Positions 45,699-56,064 of a DNA stretch of 64,000 bases are shown one piece after another. Below the pieces are notes generated by a model. It did no database searches, was not told the DNA's origin, and saw nothing but the letters and a program-made list of their open reading frames with translations. The translations under genes were made by a program, and so were the position numbers. The stretch comes from an uncultured Actinomycetota bacterium (GTDB lineage Bacteria > Actinomycetota > Actinomycetes > JACCUZ01). The stretch lies in contig CAVSCX010000006.1 of assembly GCA_963726615.1 (NCBI GenBank), positions 1,241 through 65,240 on the forward strand, in the 5' to 3' direction. The first letter of the stretch is position 1, and each line of letters opens with the position of its first letter.

Positions 45699-46936
45699 GC
45701 GTCCGGGCGGTGCTGCGGCACCGGTCGTACACCTACCTGCTGACCGGCCGCACCGTCTCGCTGGTCGGCAACTCGATGGCGAGCATCGCCGTCACCTTCG
45801 CCGTGCTCGACCTGACCGGCTCGGTCGGCGACCTCGGGCTGGTGCTCGCTGCCCGCAGCCTGCCGCAGGTGGTGTTCCTGCTCTTCGGCGGCGTGATCGC
45901 CGACCGGTTGCCCCGGCACCTCGTGCTTGTCGTCACCAACGTGGTCAGCGCGGCCACCCAGGCCGTGGCGGCGGCGCTGCTGCTGACCGACCATGCCACG
46001 GTCGGCGCGCTCGCGGCGCTGGGCGCGGTCAACGGTGCGTCGACGGCGTTCATCTTCCCGGCCAGCGCCGGGCTGCTGCCGCAGACGGTACCGACGGATG
46101 AGCTGCAGCCGGCCAACGTGCTGCTGCGGATGTTCTCCACGGCCGCGATGATCGGCGGCGTCTCCGTCGGCGGCGTGCTCGTCGCCGGTGTGGGCCCGGG
46201 CTGGGGTCTGGCCGTGGACGCGACGTCCTTCCTCGCGGCCGCTGCCTGCTTCGCTGCCATCCGCGTCGACCCGCACGAGCGACTGGCGTCGGGCAACGTC
46301 CTGGTCGACCTGCGAGAGGGCTGGTCGGCGTTCCGGTCCCGGACCTGGCTCTGGGTGGTCGTGCTCGCGTTCGGGGTCATCAACGCGGTGCACGCCGCAG
46401 GCTGGAGCACGCTGGGTCCGAAGATCGCCGACGAGACGTTCGGCCGGCAGGGCTGGGGCTTCGTCCTCGCCGCCGAGACCGCCGGGATGTTCCTGGCCGG
46501 GCTCTTGCTGCTGCGGGTCCGGTTCCGGCGCCCGCTGTTCGTCGGGATGCTCGGGGTCACGGTCTGGTCGCCGCTGATGCTCGTCCTCGCTGCGGAGCCG
46601 GCCGTGCTCGTGCTGGTCGTCGCGAGCCTCGTGGCCGGCTCGGCGATCGAGCTGTTCGGGGTCGGCTGGGACCTCACCATGCAGCAGCACGTCCCACCGC
46701 ACCTGCTCAGCCGGGTCTACGCCTACGACGCGCTGGGCTCCCTGGTGGCGATCCCGCTCGGCCAGGTCCTCGCCGGACCGGCCGCAGCCTGGCTCGGCCT
46801 CCGGCCGGCCGTCGTGCTCTGCGCGGTCGTGCTGATGCTCGTCGGGGCAACGGCGACGGCCGTGCCCGCCGTACGCCGGCTGGAGCGCACCGACCTCGCC
46901 GAACCGGTGCCGGTCGGTGACACCGCTAGGGCGTGA
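45695..46936 (+). CDS. MFS transporter
   Basis: 12 TM; [10 protein letters not shown]; GTGA overlap with the regulator. Confidence 0.9.
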   Translation: MSVRAVLRHRSYTYLLTGRTVSLVGNSMASIAVTFAVLDLTGSVGDLGLVLAARSLPQVVFLLFGGVIADRLPRHLVLVVTNVVSAATQAVAAALLLTDHATVGALAALGAVNGASTAFIFPASAGLLPQTVPTDELQPANVLLRMFSTAAMIGGVSVGGVLVAGVGPGWGLAVDATSFLAAAACFAAIRVDPHERLASGNVLVDLREGWSAFRSRTWLWVVVLAFGVINAVHAAGWSTLGPKIADETFGRQGWGFVLAAETAGMFLAGLLLLRVRFRRPLFVGMLGVTVWSPLMLVLAAEPAVLVLVVASLVAGSAIELFGVGWDLTMQQHVPPHLLSRVYAYDALGSLVAIPLGQVLAGPAAAWLGLRPAVVLCAVVLMLVGATATAVPAVRRLERTDLAEPVPVGDTARA

Positions 46937-47708
46937 GCCGCCGCACCACCTCGTCGTGCAGGTGGCCGTTGGTGGCGACGGCGCTGCCTCCCGCCGGGCC
47001 GTCGGCGCCGGTGAGGTCGGTGAACCTGCCGCCGGCCTCGGTCACGATCACCGATGGAGCCGCCAGGTCGTGCAGGGCGACCTCGGGCTCTGCCGCGACG
47101 TCCACGGCACCTTCCGCGACGAGCATGTAGCTCCAGAAGTCGCCGTACGCGCGGCTGCGCCAGACGTCGCGGGTCAGGCCGAGGAACGCCTCCCCGCGGC
47201 CGTGGTCGTGCCAGCCGGACAGGCCGGAGTAGGACAACGACGCGTCGTCCAGCGTGGTCACCGAGGACACTGCCATCCGCGACGCCGCCGTCAGGCTCTT
47301 GCCGGTCCAGGCACCGGACCCGATGCCGGCCCACCAGCGACGGCCCAGGCTGGGCGCGCTGACCAGACCGGCCACGACCTCGTCGCCGTCCATCAGAGCG
47401 ATCAGCGTGGCCCAGACCGGAACACCCCGGACGAAGTTCTTGGTCCCGTCGATCGGGTCGAGGATCCACCGGCGAGGCCCATGGCCGACGGCGCCGAGCT
47501 CCTCACCGAGGATGGCATCCCGTGGCCGGGCCCGCGCCAGGATCGACCGGATCGACTCCTCGACGCCGGTGTCGGCGTCAGTGACCGGCGTCAGGTCCGG
47601 CTTGCTGGTGACCTCCAGGTCGAGCGCTCGGAAGCGTGACATCGAGATGGAGTCGGCGGAGTCGGCCAGGACGTGCGCCAGACGGAGGTCGTCGTCGTAG
47701 GCCGGCAT
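46926..47708 (-). CDS. hisN: Histidinol-phosphatase (inositol monophosphatase family)
   Basis: [29 protein letters not shown]. Confidence 0.9.
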   Translation of the reverse strand: MPAYDDDLRLAHVLADSADSISMSRFRALDLEVTSKPDLTPVTDADTGVEESIRSILARARPRDAILGEELGAVGHGPRRWILDPIDGTKNFVRGVPVWATLIALMDGDEVVAGLVSAPSLGRRWWAGIGSGAWTGKSLTAASRMAVSSVTTLDDASLSYSGLSGWHDHGRGEAFLGLTRDVWRSRAYGDFWSYMLVAEGAVDVAAEPEVALHDLAAPSVIVTEAGGRFTDLTGADGPAGGSAVATNGHLHDEVVRRLTP

Positions 47709-47821
47709 GTAACGAACGGTACAAGTCTCTTCCCGGTACTCCAGTCATCGCCGCATACTTCCGAACATCGACGTGGGAACTCGTCACGCACGCAGTCACC
47801 TCGTCCCGAGAGAGGGAGGCC

Positions 47822-48220
47822 ATGTCGCTCTTCCGCAGGCGCGTCCAGGACGTCATGATCGAACCGGCTGCCATCCCGGTGCCCCGATTCAGCATCGACG
47901 GGTGGACCTTCGACGGCACGCCGGACCTGCCGAGGCTGGCCGGGCTGTCGTCCGGAGACCTGCGCGAGCTCGAGACGCTGCTGCACGGCGTCGCCGTCGA
48001 GGTCGACACCCCGTACACCTACGAACGCGCGGCGGTCCTGCTGGAGCGGGCCGGCGAGCACGGCTCGGCGTTGTCGGTCTGCGAGGCGTGGCTCGCGCAC
48101 CCCGCGTCCCGCTGGCCGGAGTACCTGCAGCACACCCGCGGCCTGGACAAGCACCGAGCCCGGCTGCGCTCCCGGCTGACCTCGGCGGTGGCCGCCGGGG
48201 CCGTCGCCCCCGCTTCCTGA
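47822..48220 (+). CDS. Hypothetical protein
   Basis: GGAGG RBS; helical, GC3-rich. Confidence 0.65.
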   Translation: MSLFRRRVQDVMIEPAAIPVPRFSIDGWTFDGTPDLPRLAGLSSGDLRELETLLHGVAVEVDTPYTYERAAVLLERAGEHGSALSVCEAWLAHPASRWPEYLQHTRGLDKHRARLRSRLTSAVAAGAVAPAS

Positions 48221-48246
48221 CCCGGGTCGCGGCTAGCCTCGCCCGG

Positions 48247-48606
48247 ATGAGCAGCAAGCCCCGGTCCGACCGTGACGTCGTGCTCGGCCGGTTCATGCCG
48301 GCCGGCCGGATCGCCCAGATGCCGGCCAAGCGCAGTCGGCGCCTGCTCGTGCTCGACCACGTCGCCCGCGCCTTCGAGCCCGGCCGCCGCTACCCGGAGC
48401 GGGAGGTGAACGTCCTCCTGCGCGCCTTCTACGACGACTACGCCGCGCTCCGGCGCTATCTCGTCGACGAGGGCTTCCTGGCCCGTAGTGGCGGCGAGTA
48501 CTGGCGCACCGGTGGCACCGTCGACGTCGTGTCCGCCTCGGCGGAGGACGCCACCACCGGGGACGCCGCGTTCAGGCCCGAATCCGACGGGCATCCGCGG
48601 TCGTAG
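48247..48606 (+). CDS. DUF2087-like protein
   Basis: YPEREVN, DYAALRRYLVDEGFL.R. Confidence 0.85.
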   Translation: MSSKPRSDRDVVLGRFMPAGRIAQMPAKRSRRLLVLDHVARAFEPGRRYPEREVNVLLRAFYDDYAALRRYLVDEGFLARSGGEYWRTGGTVDVVSASAEDATTGDAAFRPESDGHPRS

Positions 48607-48640
48607 CACTCTCGACACCCGCCACCGGAGGAGCGCGCCG

Positions 48641-49111
48641 ATGTTCGACACCGTCCTGGGTCTCCCCGTCCACGCGCTCGTCGTGCACGCCGTCGTCGTG
48701 CTGGTGCCGCTGGCGTCGGCCGGGCTCGTCGTGGTCGCACTGCGCCCGTCCTGGCGCCGGGCCTACCTCCCGGTGGTGGTGCTGCTGGCCACCGCGGGCC
48801 TGGCCATGGTGCCGGTCGCGACCCAGAGCGGGAAGAGGCTGGAGGAGCGGGTGAACGCTGGTGGTGTCGTTGCCCAGCAGATTCACGACCACCAGCAGAT
48901 GGGCCAGCTGGTCATCTACCCCACCGTCGCCATGTGGCTGCTCGCCCTGGCGCTGCTCTACCTGGACCGCGCGCGGGTGCGCGGCCGCGCCGTCACCGTC
49001 GTGGCGGGGCTCGGCGTCGTAGCCGCCGTTGCCGCAGCCGGGCAGGTGACGATCGCCGGCCACCTGGGCTCGACGGCGGTCTGGAAGTGCACGATCGGCA
49101 GCTGCCAGTAG
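48641..49111 (+). CDS. DUF2231-like membrane protein
   Basis: GLPVHALVVH...GH.G...VW. Confidence 0.8.
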   Translation: MFDTVLGLPVHALVVHAVVVLVPLASAGLVVVALRPSWRRAYLPVVVLLATAGLAMVPVATQSGKRLEERVNAGGVVAQQIHDHQQMGQLVIYPTVAMWLLALALLYLDRARVRGRAVTVVAGLGVVAAVAAAGQVTIAGHLGSTAVWKCTIGSCQ

Positions 49112-49112
49112 G

Positions 49113-50186
49113 TCACGGGCGCCGGTCGTCGACCGGGTCGACGGGGTCTGCAGGGTCTGCAGGGTCGGCAAGGCCGGCAGGGTCGGTCGGATCCTGCAGG
49201 TCGTCCGGGACCTCGCGGCTGCGCAGCAGGCGGCGCAGCGACGCGAGCCGGGCGGGGTCGCTGTGCCCGGCTGCCACCCAGTCGTCCAGCCCGCACTCAG
49301 GCTCGTCGTGGCTACAGGACCGTGGGCATGCCGCTGTCCCCTCCGCGAGGTCGGGGAAGGCATGGATGACCCGGTCGAGGTCCACGTGGGCCAGGCCGAA
49401 GCTGCGCACCCCGGGGGTGTCGATGACCCACCCGCCGCCGGGGAGCTCCAGCGCGATGGCGGAGGAGGACGTGTGCCTGCCCCGCCCGGTGACCGCGTTC
49501 ACTCCGCCGGTGGCCCGGCCGGCCCCGGGTACCAGCGCGTTGACCATCGTGGACTTCCCGACCCCGGAGTGCCCGACCAGCACGCTGAGCCGGTCGTGCA
49601 GATGGCGGCGCAGCTCGTCGAGCGGTTGGCCGCGGCGGACGACGACGTGGTCGACGTCGAGGGCGCGGTAGGTCTCGAGCAGCTTCTCCGGCGGGGCGAG
49701 GTCGGACTTTGTCAGGCACAGCAAGGGCCGCAGCCCCGCGTCGTAGGCCGCGACCAGGCACCGGTCGATCAGTCGTGGTCGAGGCTCCGGGTCGGCGAGG
49801 GCGGTGACGATCACGAGCTGGTCCGCGTTGGCCACGAGGACCCGCTCGACGGGGTCGGTGTCGTCGGCTGTCCGGCGGAGGGTCGAGGTGCGTGGCTCGA
49901 CCCGCACCAGCCGGGCCAGCGTGTCGGCCGTGCCCGAGACGTCGCCGACCAGTGCCACCCGGTCGCCGACCACGACATTGCCTTTGCGCCCGAGCTCACG
50001 AGCCTTCATGGCCACCACGTCGTGGTCGCCCACCCGCACCGTGATGCGACCACGGTCAACAGTGACGACGACTCCGGGACGCGCGTCGTCGTGGCTGGGC
50101 CGGTCCTTCGTGCGCGGGCGCGATCCGCGCCCTGGACGGACGCGGACGTCGTCCTCGTCGAGGTCGCGGCCTTGTCGTCGGGTCAA
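49113..50186 (-). CDS. rsgA: Ribosome small subunit-dependent GTPase A
   Basis: TKSD, GHSGVGKST, GRGRHT, DTPG, C-x3-CxH-x4-C; TTG start overlapping the aroA stop. Confidence 0.93.
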   Translation of the reverse strand: MTRRQGRDLDEDDVRVRPGRGSRPRTKDRPSHDDARPGVVVTVDRGRITVRVGDHDVVAMKARELGRKGNVVVGDRVALVGDVSGTADTLARLVRVEPRTSTLRRTADDTDPVERVLVANADQLVIVTALADPEPRPRLIDRCLVAAYDAGLRPLLCLTKSDLAPPEKLLETYRALDVDHVVVRRGQPLDELRRHLHDRLSVLVGHSGVGKSTMVNALVPGAGRATGGVNAVTGRGRHTSSSAIALELPGGGWVIDTPGVRSFGLAHVDLDRVIHAFPDLAEGTAACPRSCSHDEPECGLDDWVAAGHSDPARLASLRRLLRSREVPDDLQDPTDPAGLADPADPADPVDPVDDRRP

Positions 50187-51466
50187 GACGCCCCCGCGAG
50201 CATCCGGTCCCACAGGTCGACAAAGCCGGGCAGCGTCTTGGCGGTGGTCCAGACGTCGTCGACCGAGATGCCGTCGACGCAGAGGCCGAGCACCGCCGCC
50301 ATCGTGGCCAGCCGGTGGTCGTCGTAGGTCGACACGGTCCCGCCGTGCAACGGTCGCGGGACGATCTCCAGCCCGTCCTCGGTCTCCCGGACGTCGCCGC
50401 CGAGCGCCGTGACCTCCGTCGCGATGGCGGCAAGGCGGTCCGTCTCGTGGTGTCGCAGGTGGGCGATGCCCCGCAGCCGCGACGGGCCGCTGGCGAGGGC
50501 GCAGACCGCTGCCAGGACCGGTGCCAGCTCGCCGACGTCCCCGAGGTCGAGATCCACCCCGTCGATGCGCTCGGGTCCGGTGACGCGCAGACCCTCGCTG
50601 ACGCGCTCGACCCGTGCGCCGAACCTGGGCAGCAGGTGCCGCAGCGCGTCCCCTGCCTGGGTCGTCCGCTCGGGCCAGGCCGGGACGGTGACCTGACCAC
50701 CGGTCACCACGGCGGCGGCGAGGAACGGCGCGGCGTTCGACAGGTCCGGCTCGACGTGCAGCCGCCCGACCTCGAGGGGGCCGGGCTCCACCCGCCAGGT
50801 GAGCTCGTCGACGTGCTCGACGAGCGCGCCGGCCGCCCGCAGCATCTCCACGGTCATGTCGATGTGGGCTCCTGACGGCAGCCGTCCTCCGCTGTGCCGC
50901 ACCTCCACGGCGTCGGCGCATCGCGGCGCGGCGAGCAGCAGCGCACTGACGAACTGCGACGACAGGCTGGCATCGATCACGACACTGCCTCCGAGCAGCC
51001 AACCCCGGCCGTGCACCGTCAGCGGCAGCCGGTCGCCCGGTGCGGTGACGTCGGCGCCGAGGTCGCGCATGGCCATCACGACCGGGGCCAGCGGCCGCTC
51101 CCGGGCCCGCGGGTCGCCGTCGAAGGTCACGTCCCCCTGTGCGAAGGAGGCGATCGGCGGGAGGAAGCGCATGACGGTGCCGGCGTTGCCTACGGCGACC
51201 TGTGCCGGGCCGGCCATCGGCTGCGGGGTCACGGACCAGTCGCCACCGCGCTCGTCGACCCCCACCCCGAGGGCGCGCAGGCCGTCGACCATCAGCGAGG
51301 TGTCGCGGCTCACCAGGGGCTGCACGAGCGTGCTCGGGCTGCGGGCCAGTGCGGCGAGCACCAGGGCCCGGTTGGTCTGCGACTTCGACCCCGGCAGGCG
51401 CACGCCGGCCCGCACCGGACCGTCGGCCAGCGGCGCGGGCCAGGGCCGGACCCTCGTCGGCGTCAT
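50183..51466 (-). CDS. aroA: EPSP synthase
   Basis: LPGSKS, GNAGT..RF, SSQFVS, HETDR, DDHR, KT.P.F. Confidence 0.95.
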   Translation of the reverse strand: MTPTRVRPWPAPLADGPVRAGVRLPGSKSQTNRALVLAALARSPSTLVQPLVSRDTSLMVDGLRALGVGVDERGGDWSVTPQPMAGPAQVAVGNAGTVMRFLPPIASFAQGDVTFDGDPRARERPLAPVVMAMRDLGADVTAPGDRLPLTVHGRGWLLGGSVVIDASLSSQFVSALLLAAPRCADAVEVRHSGGRLPSGAHIDMTVEMLRAAGALVEHVDELTWRVEPGPLEVGRLHVEPDLSNAAPFLAAAVVTGGQVTVPAWPERTTQAGDALRHLLPRFGARVERVSEGLRVTGPERIDGVDLDLGDVGELAPVLAAVCALASGPSRLRGIAHLRHHETDRLAAIATEVTALGGDVRETEDGLEIVPRPLHGGTVSTYDDHRLATMAAVLGLCVDGISVDDVWTTAKTLPGFVDLWDRMLAGAS

Positions 51467-51606
51467 CGCGAGATCACGGCCGGGAGACTAGCCGGGGCAG
51501 CGCCGCTGCCGGGGCCGGAAGCCGCTGGGAGTCGTGGACTCGCGGGGACTCCTGCGCCGGCCCGCGCACCGGCCGGCCGGACCCGGTGACGTGGGAGCGG
51601 CTCCGG

Positions 51607-52134
51607 TCAGCCGGGGAGCTTCGCCCGCGCGGCCCGTGCCGCGAGCCGGGCCTCGCGCCGGGCCGTCCGGGTCGTGCGTCCCGTGCCGGACGCCGTGTGG
51701 TGGGCAGCGTGCCGGGCCCGCCAGGCCAGGCCCGGTTTCCCCGCGGTGTCGACCGCCGCGAGCATGAGGCCGCCGAGCATGCTGACGTTCTTGTAGAAGT
51801 GCATCTTCTGCTGAGCGCGACGGGTCTCGTCCTGCTCCTCCCAGAAGCGGTGTGCGGCGAGCGTCGTGGGCACCAGGCTGCCCGCGAGGACCGCGGCGGA
51901 CAGGCGGGGGAGTCGCCCGGTGGCCAGCATGAGCCCGGCGACGACCTGGGCGGCCCCGTTGATCCGGACCAGCGCCTCGGGGTCCTCCGGCAGGTAGGGC
52001 AGCCTCTCGGCGATCCGCGGCGCGATGGGGTCGGCAACGGGCGCCTTGGGCTCGGGACGCTGGAGGGCGTCGAGGCCGCCGGTGACGAACATGGTGGCGA
52101 GGCAGGGACGGGCGAGCCGGCGTACGAGCGTCAT
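51607..52134 (-). CDS. DoxX-family membrane protein
   Basis: PTTLAAHRFWE, FYKNVSMLGGL. Confidence 0.88.
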   Translation of the reverse strand: MTLVRRLARPCLATMFVTGGLDALQRPEPKAPVADPIAPRIAERLPYLPEDPEALVRINGAAQVVAGLMLATGRLPRLSAAVLAGSLVPTTLAAHRFWEEQDETRRAQQKMHFYKNVSMLGGLMLAAVDTAGKPGLAWRARHAAHHTASGTGRTTRTARREARLAARAARAKLPG

Positions 52135-52209
52135 GGTCGGCCCTTGCCCGACCCCCGGCCCGTCAACCGTGCCGGTGCACCGTCGGCGCCGCATGGCAGG
52201 CTGGGCGCC

Positions 52210-52971
52210 GTGTGCGGACGGTACGCGGCCAGTCGGAACCCGGACGACCTCGTCGAGGAGTTCGAGGTCGTCGACGCTCCCGACCAGTCCCTGTCGCCGA
52301 GCTGGAACGTCGCCCCGACGCAGGACGTGTACGCCGTCATCGAGCGTGCCCCGCGCGAGGACAGGGAGGCGCCACCACGTCGCCGCCTCCAGGTCGCCCG
52401 CTGGGGTCTGGTGCCCTCGTGGGCGAAGGATCCCTCCATCGGCAACCGGATGATCAACGCGCGGATGGAGACCGCGCACGAGAAGCCGGCGTTCCGCCGT
52501 GCCTTCGCCGGCCGGCGGGCGCTGCTGCCGGCCGACGGCTACTTCGAGTGGTACGGCGAGGTGAAGGGCAAGAAGCAGCCCTTCTTCATCCACCCGTCCG
52601 ACGGTGGCGTCCTGGCAATGGCCGGGCTCTACGAGCTCTGGCGCGACCCGTCGGCGCCGGAGGGCTCCGAGGTCGACCCGTGGCTCTGGTCCGTCACCGT
52701 GCTGACCACCTCCGCCACCGACGACGTCGGCCGCATCCACGACCGGATGCCCCTGCTGGTCGAGCCGAGCCGGTACGCCGAGTGGCTCGACCCGGCCGTC
52801 GAGGACCCGGACCGGTTGCGCGACCTGCTGGTGCCGGCGGCGCCGGGACGGCTGACGGCGTACCCGGTCTCGACCACCGTCAACAACGTCCGCAACAACG
52901 GTCCCGAGCTCGTCGACCCGCTCCCGCTCGAGCCTGTCCCGGCGACGGCGGACCAGGAGGAGCTCTTCTGA
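52210..52971 (+). CDS. SOS response-associated peptidase (SRAP/HMCES)
   Basis: (M)CGRY, NVAPT, INAR.E, IHDRMP. Confidence 0.93.
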   Translation: MCGRYAASRNPDDLVEEFEVVDAPDQSLSPSWNVAPTQDVYAVIERAPREDREAPPRRRLQVARWGLVPSWAKDPSIGNRMINARMETAHEKPAFRRAFAGRRALLPADGYFEWYGEVKGKKQPFFIHPSDGGVLAMAGLYELWRDPSAPEGSEVDPWLWSVTVLTTSATDDVGRIHDRMPLLVEPSRYAEWLDPAVEDPDRLRDLLVPAAPGRLTAYPVSTTVNNVRNNGPELVDPLPLEPVPATADQEELF

Positions 52972-53627
52972 CCGCCGCGCCGGAGGTCTCGGTCCTCGCG
53001 ACCCCGGTCGGTGACGCCCGGGTGCACACCGCTGCCGCCGCGCAGCCGGTCGGGACGGTCGTGCTCGGCCACGGGGCGGGCGGCGGCGTCGGCACCCCCG
53101 ACCTCCGGGCGCTCGCACGGGGACTGCCGCCGGCCGGCGTGACGGTGGTCCTGGTCGACCAGCCCTGGGTGGTCGCCAGGCGGAGGGTCGCCGCCCCGCC
53201 CCCCACGCTGGACCGGGCCTGGACAGCCGTGCTCGAGCAGCTGTCGCTCGCCGGGCCGCTCCTCGTCGGCGGCCGGTCGGCGGGGGCGCGGGTCGGCTGC
53301 CGGACCGCGGTCCAGGTCGGCGCGGCGGGCGTGCTCGCGCTGGCCTTCCCGCTGCACCCACCGGGGAACCGGCCCAGCCGGCGGCCCGAGCTGGACGCCC
53401 CGAGCGCCGCCGGGCTGCCGGTGCTGGTTCTTCAGGGCACCCGCGACTCGTTCGGCGCACCCGCGGAGATCCCTGTGGCGCCCGGGCGGGTGGTGGTCGC
53501 CATCGAGGACGGCGACCACTCGTTCCGGGTCCGGAAGGGCGGCGACCAGGCTGGCACGCTGACCCGGCTCGTCGAGGCCGCCACCGGCTGGGCCCTGACC
53601 GTCTGCGCAGCGGCGGACGGTGAGTGA
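52968..53627 (+). CDS. Alpha/beta hydrolase (probable CTG start)
   Basis: [29 protein letters not shown]. Confidence 0.85.
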   Translation: MTAAPEVSVLATPVGDARVHTAAAAQPVGTVVLGHGAGGGVGTPDLRALARGLPPAGVTVVLVDQPWVVARRRVAAPPPTLDRAWTAVLEQLSLAGPLLVGGRSAGARVGCRTAVQVGAAGVLALAFPLHPPGNRPSRRPELDAPSAAGLPVLVLQGTRDSFGAPAEIPVAPGRVVVAIEDGDHSFRVRKGGDQAGTLTRLVEAATGWALTVCAAADGE

Positions 53628-53647
53628 CGCCGACCGGCCCGGCCTCG

Positions 53648-53674
53648 GGAATCCCTGTCCCTGGCGGCCGGTTG
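53648..53674 (+). promoter_or_regulatory. SigR/SigH autoregulatory promoter GGAAT-N18-GTTG
   Basis: Exact match to the consensus. Confidence 0.85.
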
Positions 53675-53797
53675 CACCACTACATGGCCTCCCTCGCGTC
53701 CACCGGACGCCGCACCGACCTGGCCACGCCTGGCGCCGGTCGATGGCAGGAGTGGCCCGGGATTGAGAACACCCCCCGCGGGATAGCATCGAGGACG

Positions 53798-54418
53798 ATG
53801 ACCCAGCCCCTTGCAGAGACCGTCGACGAGCGCAATGCCCGTTTCGAACGGGACGCGATGCAGTTCCTCGACCAGCTGTACTCCGCCGCCCTGCGCATGA
53901 CGCGCAACCCGGCTGACGCCGAGGACCTGGTGCAGGAGACCTACGCCAAGGCCTTTGCCTCCTTCCACCAGTTCCAGGACGGTACGAACCTCAAGGCCTG
54001 GCTCTACCGCATCCTCACCAACACGTTCATCAACACCTACCGCAAGGCGCAGCGGCAGCCGAAGCAGGCGGGTACCGAGAACGTCGAGGACTGGCAGCTG
54101 GCTCAGGCCGAGTCGCACATGTCGACCGGGCTGAAGTCGGCCGAGGCCGAGGCGCTGGACCACCTTCCCGACTCCGACGTGAAGCAGGCACTGCAGGAGA
54201 TCCCGGAGGACTTCCGGATCGCGGTCTACCTTGCCGACGTCGAGGGGTTCGCGTACAAGGAGATCGCCGAGATCATGGGTACGCCGATCGGCACCGTGAT
54301 GTCCCGGCTGCACCGCGGCCGCCGCCAGCTGCGGGGCCTGCTCGAGGACTACGCGCGGGAGCGGGGACTCGTCCCCGCCGGCGCCACCGACGGGGGAGAG
54401 GGAGGCGAGCGGTCATGA
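53798..54418 (+). CDS. sigR: ECF sigma factor SigR/SigH (longer isoform possible from ATG 53684)
   Basis: [37 protein letters not shown]; adjacent to rsrA. Confidence 0.95.
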   Translation: MTQPLAETVDERNARFERDAMQFLDQLYSAALRMTRNPADAEDLVQETYAKAFASFHQFQDGTNLKAWLYRILTNTFINTYRKAQRQPKQAGTENVEDWQLAQAESHMSTGLKSAEAEALDHLPDSDVKQALQEIPEDFRIAVYLADVEGFAYKEIAEIMGTPIGTVMSRLHRGRRQLRGLLEDYARERGLVPAGATDGGEGGERS

Positions 54419-54687
54419 GCTGCGGCAACCCGCACGACACCCCGTGCGACGAGGTGCTCGCCCGCGTCTACGAGTTCATCGACGGTGAGCTCGCCGACGG
54501 CGAGAAGCGGCACGCGATCAAGCACCATCTGGACGAGTGCGGGCCGTGCCTGGCCGAGTTCGGGCTCGAGGAGCAGGTGAAGTCGATCGTCAAGCGCTCC
54601 TGCTCGGACCCGGCTCCGGCCGAGCTGCGGGCCAAGGTGCTCAGGCACATCGCAGCCGCCCGTGACGAGCTGCGCACCGAGATCTGA
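54415..54687 (+). CDS. rsrA: ZAS anti-sigma factor RsrA
   Basis: [16 protein letters not shown] (HxxxCxxC). Confidence 0.93.
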   Translation: MSCGNPHDTPCDEVLARVYEFIDGELADGEKRHAIKHHLDECGPCLAEFGLEEQVKSIVKRSCSDPAPAELRAKVLRHIAAARDELRTEI

Positions 54688-54767
54688 CCGCTCGCTCGCC
54701 GGGACGACGACGGCCCGGCCGCCGAGGGGCGATCGGGCCGTTGCCTTCGGAGCGGCAGCGCGCGGAC

Positions 54768-54842
54768 TCAGCTGTTCGGTCGCTTGCCGTGGTTGGCCTT
54801 GTTCTTCTTGCGGGCCTTCTTCTTCCGTGACTTCTTGGCCAT
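54768..54842 (-). CDS. 50S ribosomal protein bL37
   Basis: MAKKSRKKKARKKNKANHGKRPNS; usual position next to rsrA. Confidence 0.88.
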   Translation of the reverse strand: MAKKSRKKKARKKNKANHGKRPNS

Positions 54843-54997
54843 CTGAGGTCTCCCGGGGGTAGAGGGTCTGCCGTCATCCTCCCACGCCGGACCGGTGCGG
54901 CCCGGCCACCCCGGCGGCGGCCGCCACCCGGTCCACGCGGAACAGCACACCATCGCCAGCTATCAGCAGCTCACACCTAGGAGCGGGAGACCCACCC

Positions 54998-56048
54998 ATG
55001 CGCGCCACCCTCATCCACGCTGCTCGCGACATCCGAGTCGAGGATGTGCCGGACGCTGCCGTGCAGCGCCCCGGCGACGCCGTCGTCCGGGTGGTCGCCG
55101 CCTGCGTCTGCGGCTCCGACCTGTGGCCCTACCGGGGTGTGATCGAGACCACCGCTCCAGGCCGCATCGGCCACGAGTTCGTCGGGGTCGTGGAGGACAT
55201 CGGCTCCGACGTCGCGACGCTGCGCGTCGGTGACTTCGTCATCGCGCCGTTCGCGCTGTCCGACGGCACCTGTGTCCACTGCCGCAACGGCATGTACACC
55301 TCGTGTGTGAACGGCGCCTGGTGGGGCGGCGAGGACTCGTACGGCCTCAGGGTCGACGCCGGGCAGGGTGAGGCGGTGCGGGTGCCGATGGCCGACGGCA
55401 CGCTGGTCGCGACTCCCGACCTGCCCGACGAGTCGATGATCGCGAGCCTGCTCACCCTGTCCGACGTCATGGGCACCGGACACCACGCAGCGTCGTCGGC
55501 CGGTGTCGGCAAGGGCTCGACCGTCGTCGTGGTGGGCGATGGTGCTGTCGGTCAGTGCGCCGTCCTGGCCTCACGCCGCCTTGGCGCGGAGCGGGTTGTC
55601 GCGATGTCGCGCCACGCCGACCGCCAGGCGCTGGCCCGGGACTTCGGGGCCACCGACGTCGTGGAGCAGCGCGGCGACGAGGGTGTCGCCGCGGTCGAGG
55701 AGCTGTTGGGCGGCATCGGTGCCGACGCGGTGCTCGAGTGCGTGGGCACCAAGGAGTCGATGCAGCAGGCGATCGACGTGGCCCGTCCCGGCGGCCGGGT
55801 GGGGTACGTCGGCGTGCCGGCAGGCGGCGCCGAGCTGCCGATCCGGCAGCTGTTCTCGTCGAACGTCACGGTGGGTGGCGGCGTGGCGCCGGTCCGGGCG
55901 TACATCCCGGACCTGCTGGCCGACGTGCTGTCGGGCGAGCTCGACCCGGGCCGGGTCTTCGACCTGGTCCTTCCGCTCGAGCAGGTGGCCGACGCCTACG
56001 CGGCGATGGACGACGCGGCGGTCGATCAAGACGATGCTGCGCCCGTAG
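54998..56048 (+). CDS. Zn-dependent alcohol dehydrogenase (+1 frameshift near 56014)
   Basis: CGSD, GHE, GDGAVG; C-terminus RRSIKTMLRP in the next frame. Confidence 0.88.
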
Positions 56049-56064
56049 CCGGACCGGGTGCCGC

